A DNA stretch of 64,000 bases from Pseudomonadota bacterium. GTDB taxonomy: Bacteria; Pseudomonadota; Alphaproteobacteria; Paracaedibacterales; JAKBAR01. Where the stretch lies: positions 5,922 through 69,921 of the forward strand of contig JAKBAR010000002.1 of assembly GCA_021808925.1 (NCBI GenBank), given 5' to 3'. The notes under the pieces were generated by a model that did not search any database, had not been told where the DNA came from, and was given only the letters and a program-made list of their open reading frames with translations. Below, in pieces: positions 9,718 to 18,384 of the stretch; positions within the stretch are counted from its first letter, which is position 1; each line of letters opens with the position of its first letter. The position numbers and the translations under genes are program-made.

Positions 9718-10794
9718 TTAATTCGTTGATAGTTTTTCAATTTCATTTTGAATAGTCACAAGATCAGTTAACACTTTGTTAACAGTTGCATTAAGATAAC
9801 CTTGAATCGCTTTAAAATCACCTTCTTGAAGAAGCGAGGAGCTTGTCTGAAGCGCCGCAAATGTTGCATAAATCGTATCTGGCACTTTTACTTCCCAGCT
9901 ACCATATTTTACACTTGCATTGCCCAGCCTAGAGGCATTGACCTGAGCTCCTTCCGAAGCATTGTCATTGGCTCGCTTAGAAAAAGGATCTTTAACTTTT
10001 TCATTGTTGATAAGGATAAGCATTGATCCATCAGGACGATTTTTCGTTCCTGGAAATGTAATATCTGTCGAATTATCATCAATTTCAACGGATTGGTTGA
10101 GATCATGACCGTTTTTATAGCTCCAAACTGTAGCTGTTATGGTGTTGTCATTATCATCCGTCGTCACAGATGTATAGTAGCTAAAATCAAGAGCTGTTCT
10201 TTTAAGTGATTTTAAAACAAGTTCACTTGGAAGGAAAAGATGTGGCCCTATGAAAAGAGGATTAATACCCTTTGAATTAAAAGGTTTTACGGAAAACTTC
10301 TTATCTTCCTCTGTGCTAAGCGTGAATCCATTCATATATTTCAAGGTCTCATTAACATGATTTTTAAGATCATCTCCTGTTTCGCTTGTGAGAGGAGTAA
10401 TGTAGTTTTTTTCAAAATCTAAAAGTGTTTGATGAAGCGTTCCAAAAATATCACAAGCCGCCCCCGAAGAAAGAATAGAATTTTTCTGCTTCAAAAGATT
10501 TTCATTTGTGATTTGCAATTCACTTAATTCTTTTTTCTTTTGGTCAATTTCTTTTTGACCTTCATCGTACTTATTACTTACATCCTCAAGACTTTTTGTT
10601 GAGTTATTCTTAAGAAAATTCCATTTATCTACTGTATCAATATTTTTTTCTATCTTAAAATTCTTTTTTTTAGATTTACTATTCTCTTCAATCTCAATAA
10701 ACTCTTCCTTTTTTTTCTCATTATTATTCTCAGAAGAATAAGAAAAACCCGTGGAAAGAGCGAGGATAAGCGCTGTGGATACTATTCTTTTCAT
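9718..10794 (-). CDS. secreted hypothetical protein (coiled-coil N-terminal half, Asn/Asp/Thr-rich C-terminal half)
   Basis: 358 aa with signal peptide MKRIVSTALILALSTGFSYS. I recognised no family motif. Confidence 0.6.
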   Translation of the reverse strand: MKRIVSTALILALSTGFSYSSENNNEKKKEEFIEIEENSKSKKKNFKIEKNIDTVDKWNFLKNNSTKSLEDVSNKYDEGQKEIDQKKKELSELQITNENLLKQKNSILSSGAACDIFGTLHQTLLDFEKNYITPLTSETGDDLKNHVNETLKYMNGFTLSTEEDKKFSVKPFNSKGINPLFIGPHLFLPSELVLKSLKRTALDFSYYTSVTTDDNDNTITATVWSYKNGHDLNQSVEIDDNSTDITFPGTKNRPDGSMLILINNEKVKDPFSKRANDNASEGAQVNASRLGNASVKYGSWEVKVPDTIYATFAALQTSSSLLQEGDFKAIQGYLNATVNKVLTDLVTIQNEIEKLSTN

Positions 10795-11026
10795 AAAAAA
10801 ACTCCCTTTTAAAAAACCAGAATTGGTTGACGGTTTTATTGTGGAAGAGAGATTCTTAACAAATGGTTAAGATTCATGGGTAAATTTGACAAGAGTTATC
10901 CACACGTGTACATTGGCGTCATCGCCGAGGGTGCTCTTTTGCCTATAAACTCAAGGGAGCTGAGAGAGCTTATTGCTCAACCTTTATTCACTTGATCTGG
11001 TTCATACCAGCGTAAGGAGTTGTGTT

Positions 11027-11860
11027 TTGACGAAAATGATAAAAAATTTATTTATTTTTCTGTGGTGCATCCACTTAAGCCATGCGTCTAATCCGGAGGA
11101 AAATTCTAAAAAACCACTCTCCCAAACAATTGTATACCGCGTCGTCGCAGAAAATACGCTCAAATTATTCAGCCAAACGATTACAACCTCGCAACAAATT
11201 CATCAAAATAATTTCCTTAAAACACTCAAAAATATTTATAATACAAGAGGCATCAAAGGTGTTTTAGGGCTGAATATACTTAAGGAAACAATTTCTATCA
11301 GCCTTTTGAAAAACACATATAAGTGGATTAGCTATCAAAATCTTCCGGGTATTCTCTCAACTTATTACCCAAAAGAGTGGGAAAGTTATAAAAACATAAC
11401 CAATCATCTCACGTCTGGGGCAACGTTTAGTTTTTGCGAAATCCTCACATCCCGCCTAGAGCGCATACGCACGCTAAAACTACTTGATAAGACCCCTCCT
11501 CCTTTGAAGTTCAAAAATTTTTTTGATGGGGGCAGCCTTATTTTTTGGCGATCGTTTATCGGATCAACCTCTTTTCTCATCACCAATGACTATCTGCAAA
11601 AAAATATGAAGCATTACCGAAAAGGGTCTCTCCGCCCAGAAGATTATTTCATCATAGGAACATTTTTGACATGCCAGCATGTGCTTTTAACACACCCCCT
11701 TACAAGTCTTTTGACGCATTTCTATAACGAGAAAGAAACGACTTCCCTCAAAAATATTTTAAAAAAACACACCTTAAAATCTCTTTATAAAGGGCTACCA
11801 ACACATTTTTGGGCAAGCTACCTTTTATTCACCCTAGACAGTTATTTAATGGATTTGTAA
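11027..11860 (+). CDS. hypothetical membrane protein, possibly a degenerate mitochondrial-carrier-family (tripartite repeat) protein
   Basis: AAGGAG at 11014-11019 lies 7 nt upstream of a TTG at 11027; an ATG alternative is at 11036. Three roughly 80-100 aa repeats each end in a carrier-like G-x-x-x-x-[aromatic/K]-G segment (RGIKGVLG, DGGSLIFWRSFIG, LKSLYKGLP). P-x-D-x-x-K-like segments are seen at TSRLERIRTLK and THPLTSLLTH. Confidence 0.4.
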   Translation: MTKMIKNLFIFLWCIHLSHASNPEENSKKPLSQTIVYRVVAENTLKLFSQTITTSQQIHQNNFLKTLKNIYNTRGIKGVLGLNILKETISISLLKNTYKWISYQNLPGILSTYYPKEWESYKNITNHLTSGATFSFCEILTSRLERIRTLKLLDKTPPPLKFKNFFDGGSLIFWRSFIGSTSFLITNDYLQKNMKHYRKGSLRPEDYFIIGTFLTCQHVLLTHPLTSLLTHFYNEKETTSLKNILKKHTLKSLYKGLPTHFWASYLLFTLDSYLMDL

Positions 11861-11941
11861 CGTCAAAAAAAATCAACGGCGCACACACGATGACTTTCCC
11901 CTTGAAAACTTTTACGAAAAAGCCTACATTTCCTCTATCGT

Positions 11942-12018
11942 CGGAACGTAGCGCAGCCTGGTAGCGCACTATTCTGGGGGGATAGGGGTCGTGGGTTCAA
12001 ATCCCGCCGTTCCGACCA
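11942..12018 (+). tRNA. tRNA-Pro (anticodon GGG)
   Basis: Hand-folded cloverleaf. Acceptor CGGAACG/CGTTCCG, D arm GCGC-AGCCTGGTA-GCGC, anticodon loop CTGGGGG, T arm GTGGG-TTCAAAT-CCCGC. The CCA end is encoded. Confidence 0.9.
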
Positions 12019-12040
12019 TTTTCTCTTTGAGGTCTCTCCT

Positions 12041-12358
12041 ATGATTCTTCTCTATGTCGTCTTCCCCAATGAAAAAGAAGCAGAGAACGTTGCACGTATG
12101 TCTCTTGAAAAAAAACTTGCAGCATGCGTGAATATTTTACCGCCTGTAATGTCTTTTTATAGATGGCCTGATGAAAAAGGTGTTGAAACAATCACACGCT
12201 CAGAGGAAGTCATCGCACTTTTTAAAACGATGGCAACGCATTCGAAAGCGCTTAAAAAACTTATTACAGAAAATCATTCCTATGAATGCCCTGCCCTTTT
12301 AAGTTTTCCTTGTAATCCTAACGAAGCCTTTGGAAAATGGCTATACACACAGCTATAA
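12041..12358 (+). CDS. cutA: divalent-cation tolerance protein CutA
   Basis: 105 aa with LAACVNILPPVMSFYRWPDEKGVE...EEVIALFKT, typical of CutA1. Confidence 0.85.
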   Translation: MILLYVVFPNEKEAENVARMSLEKKLAACVNILPPVMSFYRWPDEKGVETITRSEEVIALFKTMATHSKALKKLITENHSYECPALLSFPCNPNEAFGKWLYTQL

Positions 12359-12368
12359 GCATCCCTTT

Positions 12369-12677
12369 ATGAGTTTTTATCCTTGGCGCCCGCATAAAGA
12401 GGGGACTGAACTTTTTGTCCGCCTCACGCCTAAATCTTCCCATAACCGCATCCAGGGCCTTTATTACGATCCAGAAGGTCAAGCTTTTCTTAAAATTTCT
12501 GTGACAGCACCCCCCGTCGATGGCCTTGCAAACAAGGCGCTGATTACTTTTTTAGCCGATAAAATGGATATCCCGAAATCCTCCATTTCCCTGCTCAAAG
12601 GACAGACGGATCGTTATAAAATAATGCTTATTCATCAAAAAAATAACGAAGAAATTCAAAAAAAACTGCTTCCTTAA
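12369..12677 (+). CDS. DUF167 (YggU) family protein
   Basis: ELFVRLTPKSSHNRIQG...ISVTAPPVDGLANKALITFLADKM...ISLLKGQTDRYKIM. The start is set at the first ATG after the cutA stop. Confidence 0.8.
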   Translation: MSFYPWRPHKEGTELFVRLTPKSSHNRIQGLYYDPEGQAFLKISVTAPPVDGLANKALITFLADKMDIPKSSISLLKGQTDRYKIMLIHQKNNEEIQKKLLP

Positions 12678-12745
12678 ACAATTTGTTAACTTTTAATCCC
12701 TTAAAATAATCCCATAGAGACCTATAACATCAAAGGAGGTTTGAG

Positions 12746-13198
12746 ATGGGAAGAATTCTTTGGAGTTTTATTTTTGCGACGTCACTACCCCTGATGTCGG
12801 CCCTTGTATCCGCAGAAATGCTTGATACTGTACAACAAAAAAATGCGCGCCCCCTTGCTGGATCCCCGGCTATGACTGAGGAAAACATGACAGAAGACTA
12901 TCTTTTTCCAGAAGAAAATGATGAGGAAATGCTCGAGCATGCAAATTTTACGCCTTCCAAGCATAAAAAAACACCTCAAAAATCTGATGATAAATTGCAC
13001 AAAAAGAAAAAGTCACAAAAAATTCATCAAGAGGGCGAAGACCTTCAGCGCATGGCCTTAAAAGAAAAGCCTGTAACCACACGGAAACCGAATGTCAAAG
13101 CCCTTGATATTCTTTATAATGAGCCTCAAGAGGGTCTCCAAATCGATGATATTCAAAAAATGCCTGAAGGTGAGGCACCAATCGATATCGTCGCCTAA
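12746..13198 (+). CDS. secreted disordered acidic/basic protein (hypothetical)
   Basis: Strong SD (aaaggagg) upstream of the ATG. Signal peptide MGRILWSFIFATSLPLMSALVSA. Low-complexity K/E/Q-rich body. Confidence 0.65.
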   Translation: MGRILWSFIFATSLPLMSALVSAEMLDTVQQKNARPLAGSPAMTEENMTEDYLFPEENDEEMLEHANFTPSKHKKTPQKSDDKLHKKKKSQKIHQEGEDLQRMALKEKPVTTRKPNVKALDILYNEPQEGLQIDDIQKMPEGEAPIDIVA

Positions 13199-13222
13199 TT
13201 CCTTCTTTGTCACGTCGTTAAA

Positions 13223-13245
13223 AGCCGCGAGGGGATGTCGCGGCT
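13223..13245. terminator. bidirectional stem-loop between convergent genes
   Basis: agccgcga-ggggatg-tcgcggct, a perfect 8-bp stem, flanked by aaa on the 5' side and ttata on the 3' side. Confidence 0.55.
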
Positions 13246-13272
13246 TTATAAAAAGAGTTGGTCCAGCAATAA

Positions 13273-13899
13273 TTAGCCGTCAACTTCAACAAAACAAAGG
13301 AACTTCCGACCTGAATTATCCATACCAAAATATTTGGAGGACGCAAACATAATTTCTTTTTTGCCATTAATCGGAGCACCACCAATAGGGCTTTTTATAG
13401 AGGTTGGCACAGAAATACGTGCCACATCTTTATTACCAGCGAGCGCTGCTACAGCCTGAGACAGAATACTTTTTCCACTCGCATCCACCCATCCCGCAGC
13501 ACTTTTCCCGACATCCTTACCAGTCCCCGTCGCCGCCCAATTGCCATTCATAATACACTTAACGCCAGAAACACCATTGGAGGACACCGTAACTTCCTTG
13601 GCGTTCTCCTCTTGATCAATCTGCCCCTGATTATTGGTCGGGGTTTGATTATTAAGAATTTCGAAAACACGTTCCAAACTTTTATTATCGATAAAAAATG
13701 TTTTTGTTTTTTTTAAACGATTTTCAGCCTCTATAATTTTTGCTGTCAATGACGGATCTGTCAGTTGATTTTCTGTATTTTGTGAGGCGTCTGGAATCGC
13801 TGGATTCACAGTTGACCGGCCTTTATTTTTCTCCGCCATCGCCAAAGAAAAAGAGCCCGCCAAAAGACAAAAAGATGTAACAATAAAAATGGGTTTCAT
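13273..13899 (-). CDS. secreted hypothetical protein
   Basis: 208 aa with signal peptide MKPIFIVTSFCLLAGSFSLAMA. Gly/Ala-rich C-terminal half. No family recognised. Confidence 0.6.
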   Translation of the reverse strand: MKPIFIVTSFCLLAGSFSLAMAEKNKGRSTVNPAIPDASQNTENQLTDPSLTAKIIEAENRLKKTKTFFIDNKSLERVFEILNNQTPTNNQGQIDQEENAKEVTVSSNGVSGVKCIMNGNWAATGTGKDVGKSAAGWVDASGKSILSQAVAALAGNKDVARISVPTSIKSPIGGAPINGKKEIMFASSKYFGMDNSGRKFLCFVEVDG

Positions 13900-14069
13900 T
13901 GATAAAAAACTCCTAAAATTTTTCCAATTCCTATCATAAGATAATTTGCATAAAAAACCAATAAAATCATTTTATAATTTTTTATATTTTTATTGAAAAA
14001 ATACAATTGAATCACAAAGCAATAGTTATTACATTATTGATTAATAAAAACTTATACTAATTATTAAAA

Positions 14070-14582
14070 ATGAACATTAAAAACATATTCTTAATTTTTC
14101 TTAGCACATCATTAGTGAGTCTCTGTACGATGAATGTCGCAATGGCAGGAAAAGACTCTCTTAATGAGCGAAAAAAACGCCTAGCCACAAAAATCAACAG
14201 TCAAAAAACCGCTTTTGAGGCTGAAATAAAACCTTTTAAAATATGCACCGATGAAAAAAATGATAAAAATGAGGAAAACATAATTCTCATGCACGCTATA
14301 AAGGTCTTATGCAACAATAAAAACGATAAAATTGCTCCGTTCATAAGCAATATGAAAAAGTTTTTGGACAAAAAGTTCCCCAAGTACACGATCATTAGCG
14401 ATTCTTTAACGTTGACCCTCGACGCGAATTTGTCCTGCGAGGAAAATTATGAAACCATCAAAAAGACACTAATAGACACTAGTTTTGAGCGCCATAAGGG
14501 AAAAATTTCAAAAGAAAGCATCAAAACACAGCTTGAAATTATCGAGAGAGCAGGCTTCAAAAAGATAGAAGTAATAATATAG
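14070..14582 (+). CDS. secreted hypothetical protein
   Basis: 170 aa with signal peptide ...LSTSLVSLCTMNVAMA. A very AT-rich divergent leader lies at 13900-14069. Confidence 0.55.
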   Translation: MNIKNIFLIFLSTSLVSLCTMNVAMAGKDSLNERKKRLATKINSQKTAFEAEIKPFKICTDEKNDKNEENIILMHAIKVLCNNKNDKIAPFISNMKKFLDKKFPKYTIISDSLTLTLDANLSCEENYETIKKTLIDTSFERHKGKISKESIKTQLEIIERAGFKKIEVII

Positions 14583-14608
14583 AGAGGAGTGAAAACTCCC
14601 GCTCCTTT

Positions 14609-16009
14609 CTAGTATCCTGTCAAAATACGGTCAATAAGCTGACCGACGGTCGGGATAAAACTATCGTTGTAAAAAGCATCCTGTGCAAAGCGATAGGCCG
14701 CGTGCCCCGCAAACATCAACTCATGATCCGGATCACCGCGATGACTAATGGATTGCAGCGTTTTTTGAATACAAAAAGAACGCGGATCCGCTTTTTTACC
14801 CGTTGTGCCTTGCTCATTTTGTGCCCAGTTACTAAACAAACAGGCCGAAAGACATCCCATGCAATCGATTTGATCTTTTAAGATCTCATTTGATTTCTCA
14901 GGCGTGACAAAAATCAGCGTACTTTCCGGCGTACGCATAGGATTTGTAAACCCTTGCGATACCCAAAACTCTGCTTTTTCCTTATCGTGGGGCGTAAGGA
15001 AAACAAAACGCCCACGCGCCCCCACAGGAAAAGCGTCCGTGTGATCCCCAACGGACGTGACAGAATAGGCCACTTGGCGCTCTGAACGCGCTTGAAGCTC
15101 TGCCAAAAAAGGATTACGCACAGCGGATGAATAAAATCCTGTGGGGCTAAAACGATTGAGATTAATATCGCCGGGCTTAAGCGTGAGTAATTTTTCTTTC
15201 CACGCCGAGGATATGGGGCTTTCTTGTGTTAAAAGAGGCCTTGTTCCAAACTGAAACGCAATAGGACCAACCAAATCATTATCGAGCCAATCTGCCCACT
15301 CACTCAGCCACCACACGCCTCCCGCCATGATAATAGGAACGTGATTAAGGCCCAACTCATTCATAACAGAACGCAGCTCGATCACACGCGGCATGGGATC
15401 CTCCGGCTTTAAAGGATCCTCTGAGTTCGAAATACCGTTATGCCCCCCTGCACGCCAGGGATCTTCGTAGACAACGCCCCCTAAACCCGCTGCAAATTTA
15501 TGATAAGCACGCTTCCAAAGGATACGAAAAGCTCTTGCCGAGGACACAATAGGATAATAGTCAACCCCGTAATGCATACAAATTTCAGCAAGCTTATAAG
15601 GCATCCCAGCACCACATGTCACCCCATGCACAAGCCCTTTTGTTTGAGATAAAACACCATGCAAAATGGGTTCAACAGCCCCCATTTCCCACAAAACATT
15701 CATATGAATGCGACCGCGACCGTTCGATGTTTCATAGGCGATACGCGCTTGGGTAATCCCTCCCTTAATCGCATAATTGACAAGCTCTTCGTGGCGCTCT
15801 CGACGGGTCTTCCCATGGTAATACATCGGAATAATATTCCCCTCAGCATCGAAAGAGTCTGCATTCACGGCTGAAAATGTCCCAACACCGCCCGCTGCTG
15901 CCCACGCCCCAGAGCTCTCACCGTTTGAAACTGAAATACCTTTTCCTCCCTCGATCAAGGGAAGAATATCATCTTTTCCTGAAAAACGAAGGCTTTTGAG
16001 AGCGCGCAT
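14609..16009 (-). CDS. nitronate monooxygenase / NAD(P)H-dependent flavin oxidoreductase family protein (long form)
   Basis: 466 aa TIM-barrel-like protein with IEGGKGISVSNG, VTCGAGMP and IIMAGGVW segments typical of the NMO/2-nitropropane dioxygenase family. Confidence 0.65.
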   Translation of the reverse strand: MRALKSLRFSGKDDILPLIEGGKGISVSNGESSGAWAAAGGVGTFSAVNADSFDAEGNIIPMYYHGKTRRERHEELVNYAIKGGITQARIAYETSNGRGRIHMNVLWEMGAVEPILHGVLSQTKGLVHGVTCGAGMPYKLAEICMHYGVDYYPIVSSARAFRILWKRAYHKFAAGLGGVVYEDPWRAGGHNGISNSEDPLKPEDPMPRVIELRSVMNELGLNHVPIIMAGGVWWLSEWADWLDNDLVGPIAFQFGTRPLLTQESPISSAWKEKLLTLKPGDINLNRFSPTGFYSSAVRNPFLAELQARSERQVAYSVTSVGDHTDAFPVGARGRFVFLTPHDKEKAEFWVSQGFTNPMRTPESTLIFVTPEKSNEILKDQIDCMGCLSACLFSNWAQNEQGTTGKKADPRSFCIQKTLQSISHRGDPDHELMFAGHAAYRFAQDAFYNDSFIPTVGQLIDRILTGY

Positions 16010-16188
16010 ACAACAACTATCCTTATTTTTTTGATACGATCATTATTCTTGGTGAGACTATAGCCGATGCCTTTGTGTTTGTGGATTTTATTTTAAAAAA
16101 AAGAGATCACAAAAGAGTTCTTTGACCCTCTCAATTAATTTTTGTATACAATTAAACGACAGTACCAAAGATAGAAACGCTCGCTCTC

Positions 16189-16716
16189 GTGCCCTTCTCC
16201 ACTCCAGGTTTTTTATACGCATCCACACTGAATACCCCACTCGGAGAGATGGTGGCACTTTGCGATGAGAAATCTGTTTATTTTCTCGATTTCTCAGATG
16301 CGCCACAAAAGGACATAAAAATAAAACGCCTTTGCCAAAAACGCACTATGACCGTTGTTTTAGGAGAAACACCCTCTTCAATTCAGCTTACAAAAGAGCT
16401 TCAAGGGTATTTTTCCGGGGCAACTCAAACGTTTCTTACCCCCCTTTCTCTCACTGGCACTCCTTTTCAAGAAAAAGTATGGCAGGAATTACAGCGCACA
16501 AGCTATGGCACAACACGAAGCTATGGCGCACAAGCCGCGGCCATGCTGCATCCTTCAGCCTGTCGCGCTGTGGCCAACGCCAACGGTGCGAACCTTTTAT
16601 CGATTATCATTCCCTGTCATCGTATTTGCCAACAAACGGGCGACTTGGGCGGCTACGCAGGCGGAAGAGCGCGCAAAAAATGGCTCCTAGATCATGAAAA
16701 AAAGCACGCACTATGA
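16189..16716 (+). CDS. ogt: methylated-DNA--protein-cysteine S-methyltransferase
   Basis: Active site IIIPCHRI. Also TPFQEKVWQELQRTSYGTTRSYG. GTG start. Confidence 0.85.
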   Translation: MPFSTPGFLYASTLNTPLGEMVALCDEKSVYFLDFSDAPQKDIKIKRLCQKRTMTVVLGETPSSIQLTKELQGYFSGATQTFLTPLSLTGTPFQEKVWQELQRTSYGTTRSYGAQAAAMLHPSACRAVANANGANLLSIIIPCHRICQQTGDLGGYAGGRARKKWLLDHEKKHAL

Positions 16717-17426
16717 CCGCAATCATCTCGACCATTGAAGCCCTTCTCAAAAGCAACGCAACGCTCTCGCCGGAAAAAGCAGCGATGTTTTTTAAAACTG
16801 GTCCCGGCATGTACGGTGCCCATGATCGCTTTATAGGGGTCCCTGTTCCCAAAATCCGCCACATTGCCAAGGATTTTAAGGATCTGAAGCGCGATGATCT
16901 TAGCATTCTCATTGCCTCGCCTTTCAATGAAATGCGTTTTTTAGCCCTTGTGATTTTGACACACAACTATCAAAAATCTTCTGAGGATCACAAAAAAGAA
17001 TGGGTTGATTTTTACCTCAATCATAAAGCGCATGTGAATAATTGGAATCTTGTGGATGCATCGGCACACCTTATTTTAGGAGATTATTTACTGCATCGTG
17101 ATAAAAATTCTCTTTTAGAACTTGCCCAATCCAATGTGCTGTGGGATAGGCGTATAGCTATTGTGGCCACATGGGCCTTCATTAAAAATCATGACCTCAC
17201 GTGGACATTTAGGTTAGCAGAAAAGCTTTTGCACGACACCGAAGACCTCATGCACAAAGCCGTGGGATGGATGCTTCGAGAGGCCGGCAAACGCAATGTT
17301 TTAGCGCTTGAATCTTTTTTACACACTCACAAAACCACAATGCCGCGCACCATGCTGCGCTATGCGCTTGAAAAATTTCCAAAAGAACAGCGCGAGGATT
17401 TTATGGCTAGAGATTCGATTTTATAG
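16713..17426 (+). CDS. DNA alkylation repair protein (AlkD-like HEAT-repeat glycosylase family)
   Basis: 237 aa. The ATGA overlap with ogt suggests translational coupling. Contains NNWNLVD and LWDRRIAIVATW segments. Confidence 0.7.
   Translation: MTAIISTIEALLKSNATLSPEKAAMFFKTGPGMYGAHDRFIGVPVPKIRHIAKDFKDLKRDDLSILIASPFNEMRFLALVILTHNYQKSSEDHKKEWVDFYLNHKAHVNNWNLVDASAHLILGDYLLHRDKNSLLELAQSNVLWDRRIAIVATWAFIKNHDLTWTFRLAEKLLHDTEDLMHKAVGWMLREAGKRNVLALESFLHTHKTTMPRTMLRYALEKFPKEQREDFMARDSIL
17355..17395. repeat. 41-bp direct repeat, copy 1 (inside the 3' end of the AlkD-like gene)
   Basis: ctgcgctatgcgcttgaaaaatttccaaaagaacagcgcga. It matches copy 2 at 40 of 41 positions. Confidence 0.9.
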
Positions 17427-17465
17427 AATTCTCTTTTTTGGGCGTACAAAAACCGCTTCCACTTT

Positions 17466-17540
17466 ATGAACCCGCCGATAAAATCCATAAAACTGCGCTA
17501 TGCCCTTGAAAAATTTCCAAAAGAACAGCGCGAAAAAATT
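17466..17540 (+). pseudogene. remnant of a second AlkD-like gene 3' end (contains repeat copy 2 at 17493-17533)
   Basis: Reads MNPPIKSIKLRYALEKFPKEQREKIDF*. The intact gene ends ...MLRYALEKFPKEQREDFMARDSIL*. Confidence 0.5.
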
Positions 17541-17577
17541 GACTTTTGATACGTTATCCTCTAGAAATAATCATCGT

Positions 17578-17662
17578 GCCCAGATGGCGGAATTGGTAGA
17601 CGCGCTAGTTTCAGGTATTAGTGGGGAAACCCGTGGAAGTTCGAGTCTTCTTCTGGGCACCA
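17578..17662 (+). tRNA. tRNA-Leu (anticodon CAG)
   Basis: Type II tRNA. Acceptor GCCCAGA/TCTGGGC, D arm GCGGAATTGGTAGACGC, anticodon loop TTCAGGT, long variable arm, T loop TTCGAGT. The CCA end is encoded. Confidence 0.9.
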
Positions 17663-17721
17663 TCTTTTGACTCCTTCCCCCGTTAACGCTCTGCTGATTT
17701 CTTAAACATATTAGGATTATT

Positions 17722-18339
17722 ATGCAGATTTTTTTGCACCAAGGCGACCTCCCCGATCAACATCCCTTTCAACAGATTGATTCTGTCGCCGTTGATACAG
17801 AGACCATGGGACTTGAAGTCCATCGCGACCGCCTATGTCTTGTGCAGCTCTCCACAGGCGATGGCCACTGTCATTTGGTCCAAATCAAAAAAAATCAAGC
17901 CCCCCCTCCTCGCTTGTGCGCACTTTTGAGTGATCCTCAAATCCTGAAAATTTTTCACTTTGGACGCTTTGATATTGCGGCCCTCTATGCGTCTTTTGGT
18001 GTGCTCGCTGCACCTGTTTTTTGCACGAAGATTGCCTCAAAACTCACACGCACATATACGGACAAACACGGGCTCAAAGAACTTTGCAAAAGCATCCTCA
18101 ACATAGAAATTTCTAAACAAGAACAGACTTCCGATTGGGGTGCTGAAACGCTCACGGATGAGCAAAAAAAATATGCGGCCACCGATGTGTTGCACCTTCA
18201 CACGCTCAAAAATCACTTTGAGAAAACACTCAAAAGAGAAGATCGCGCAACGCTTGCAAAGGCGGCTTTTGATTATCTTCCTTACCGTGCCCAGCTTGAT
18301 GTTCTTGCAGGATCAACTTATGATGTTCTTAGCTATTAA
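17722..18339 (+). CDS. rnd: ribonuclease D-like 3'-5' exonuclease (short DEDD form)
   Basis: 205 aa with VAVDTETMGL (ExoI), FHFGRFDIAAL (ExoII) and YAATDVLHLH (ExoIII). Confidence 0.8.
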   Translation: MQIFLHQGDLPDQHPFQQIDSVAVDTETMGLEVHRDRLCLVQLSTGDGHCHLVQIKKNQAPPPRLCALLSDPQILKIFHFGRFDIAALYASFGVLAAPVFCTKIASKLTRTYTDKHGLKELCKSILNIEISKQEQTSDWGAETLTDEQKKYAATDVLHLHTLKNHFEKTLKREDRATLAKAAFDYLPYRAQLDVLAGSTYDVLSY

Positions 18340-18384
18340 AGTGGATTATTATTCGCAAAATTAAAAGAAAAAGAGGTCACACTT

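Noticed and set aside
10896-10904. A perfect DnaA-box consensus TTATCCACA followed by the palindrome ACACGTGT, in the 240-bp divergent intergenic region. Considered as a possible oriC.
   Set aside because: There is only one perfect box, plus one single-mismatch box (tgtggatac, about 10775-10783, inside a coding region). There is no box cluster, no obvious AT-rich unwinding repeats, and no origin-linked neighbours such as hemE, parAB or dnaA. A single box is expected by chance or as a local regulatory site.
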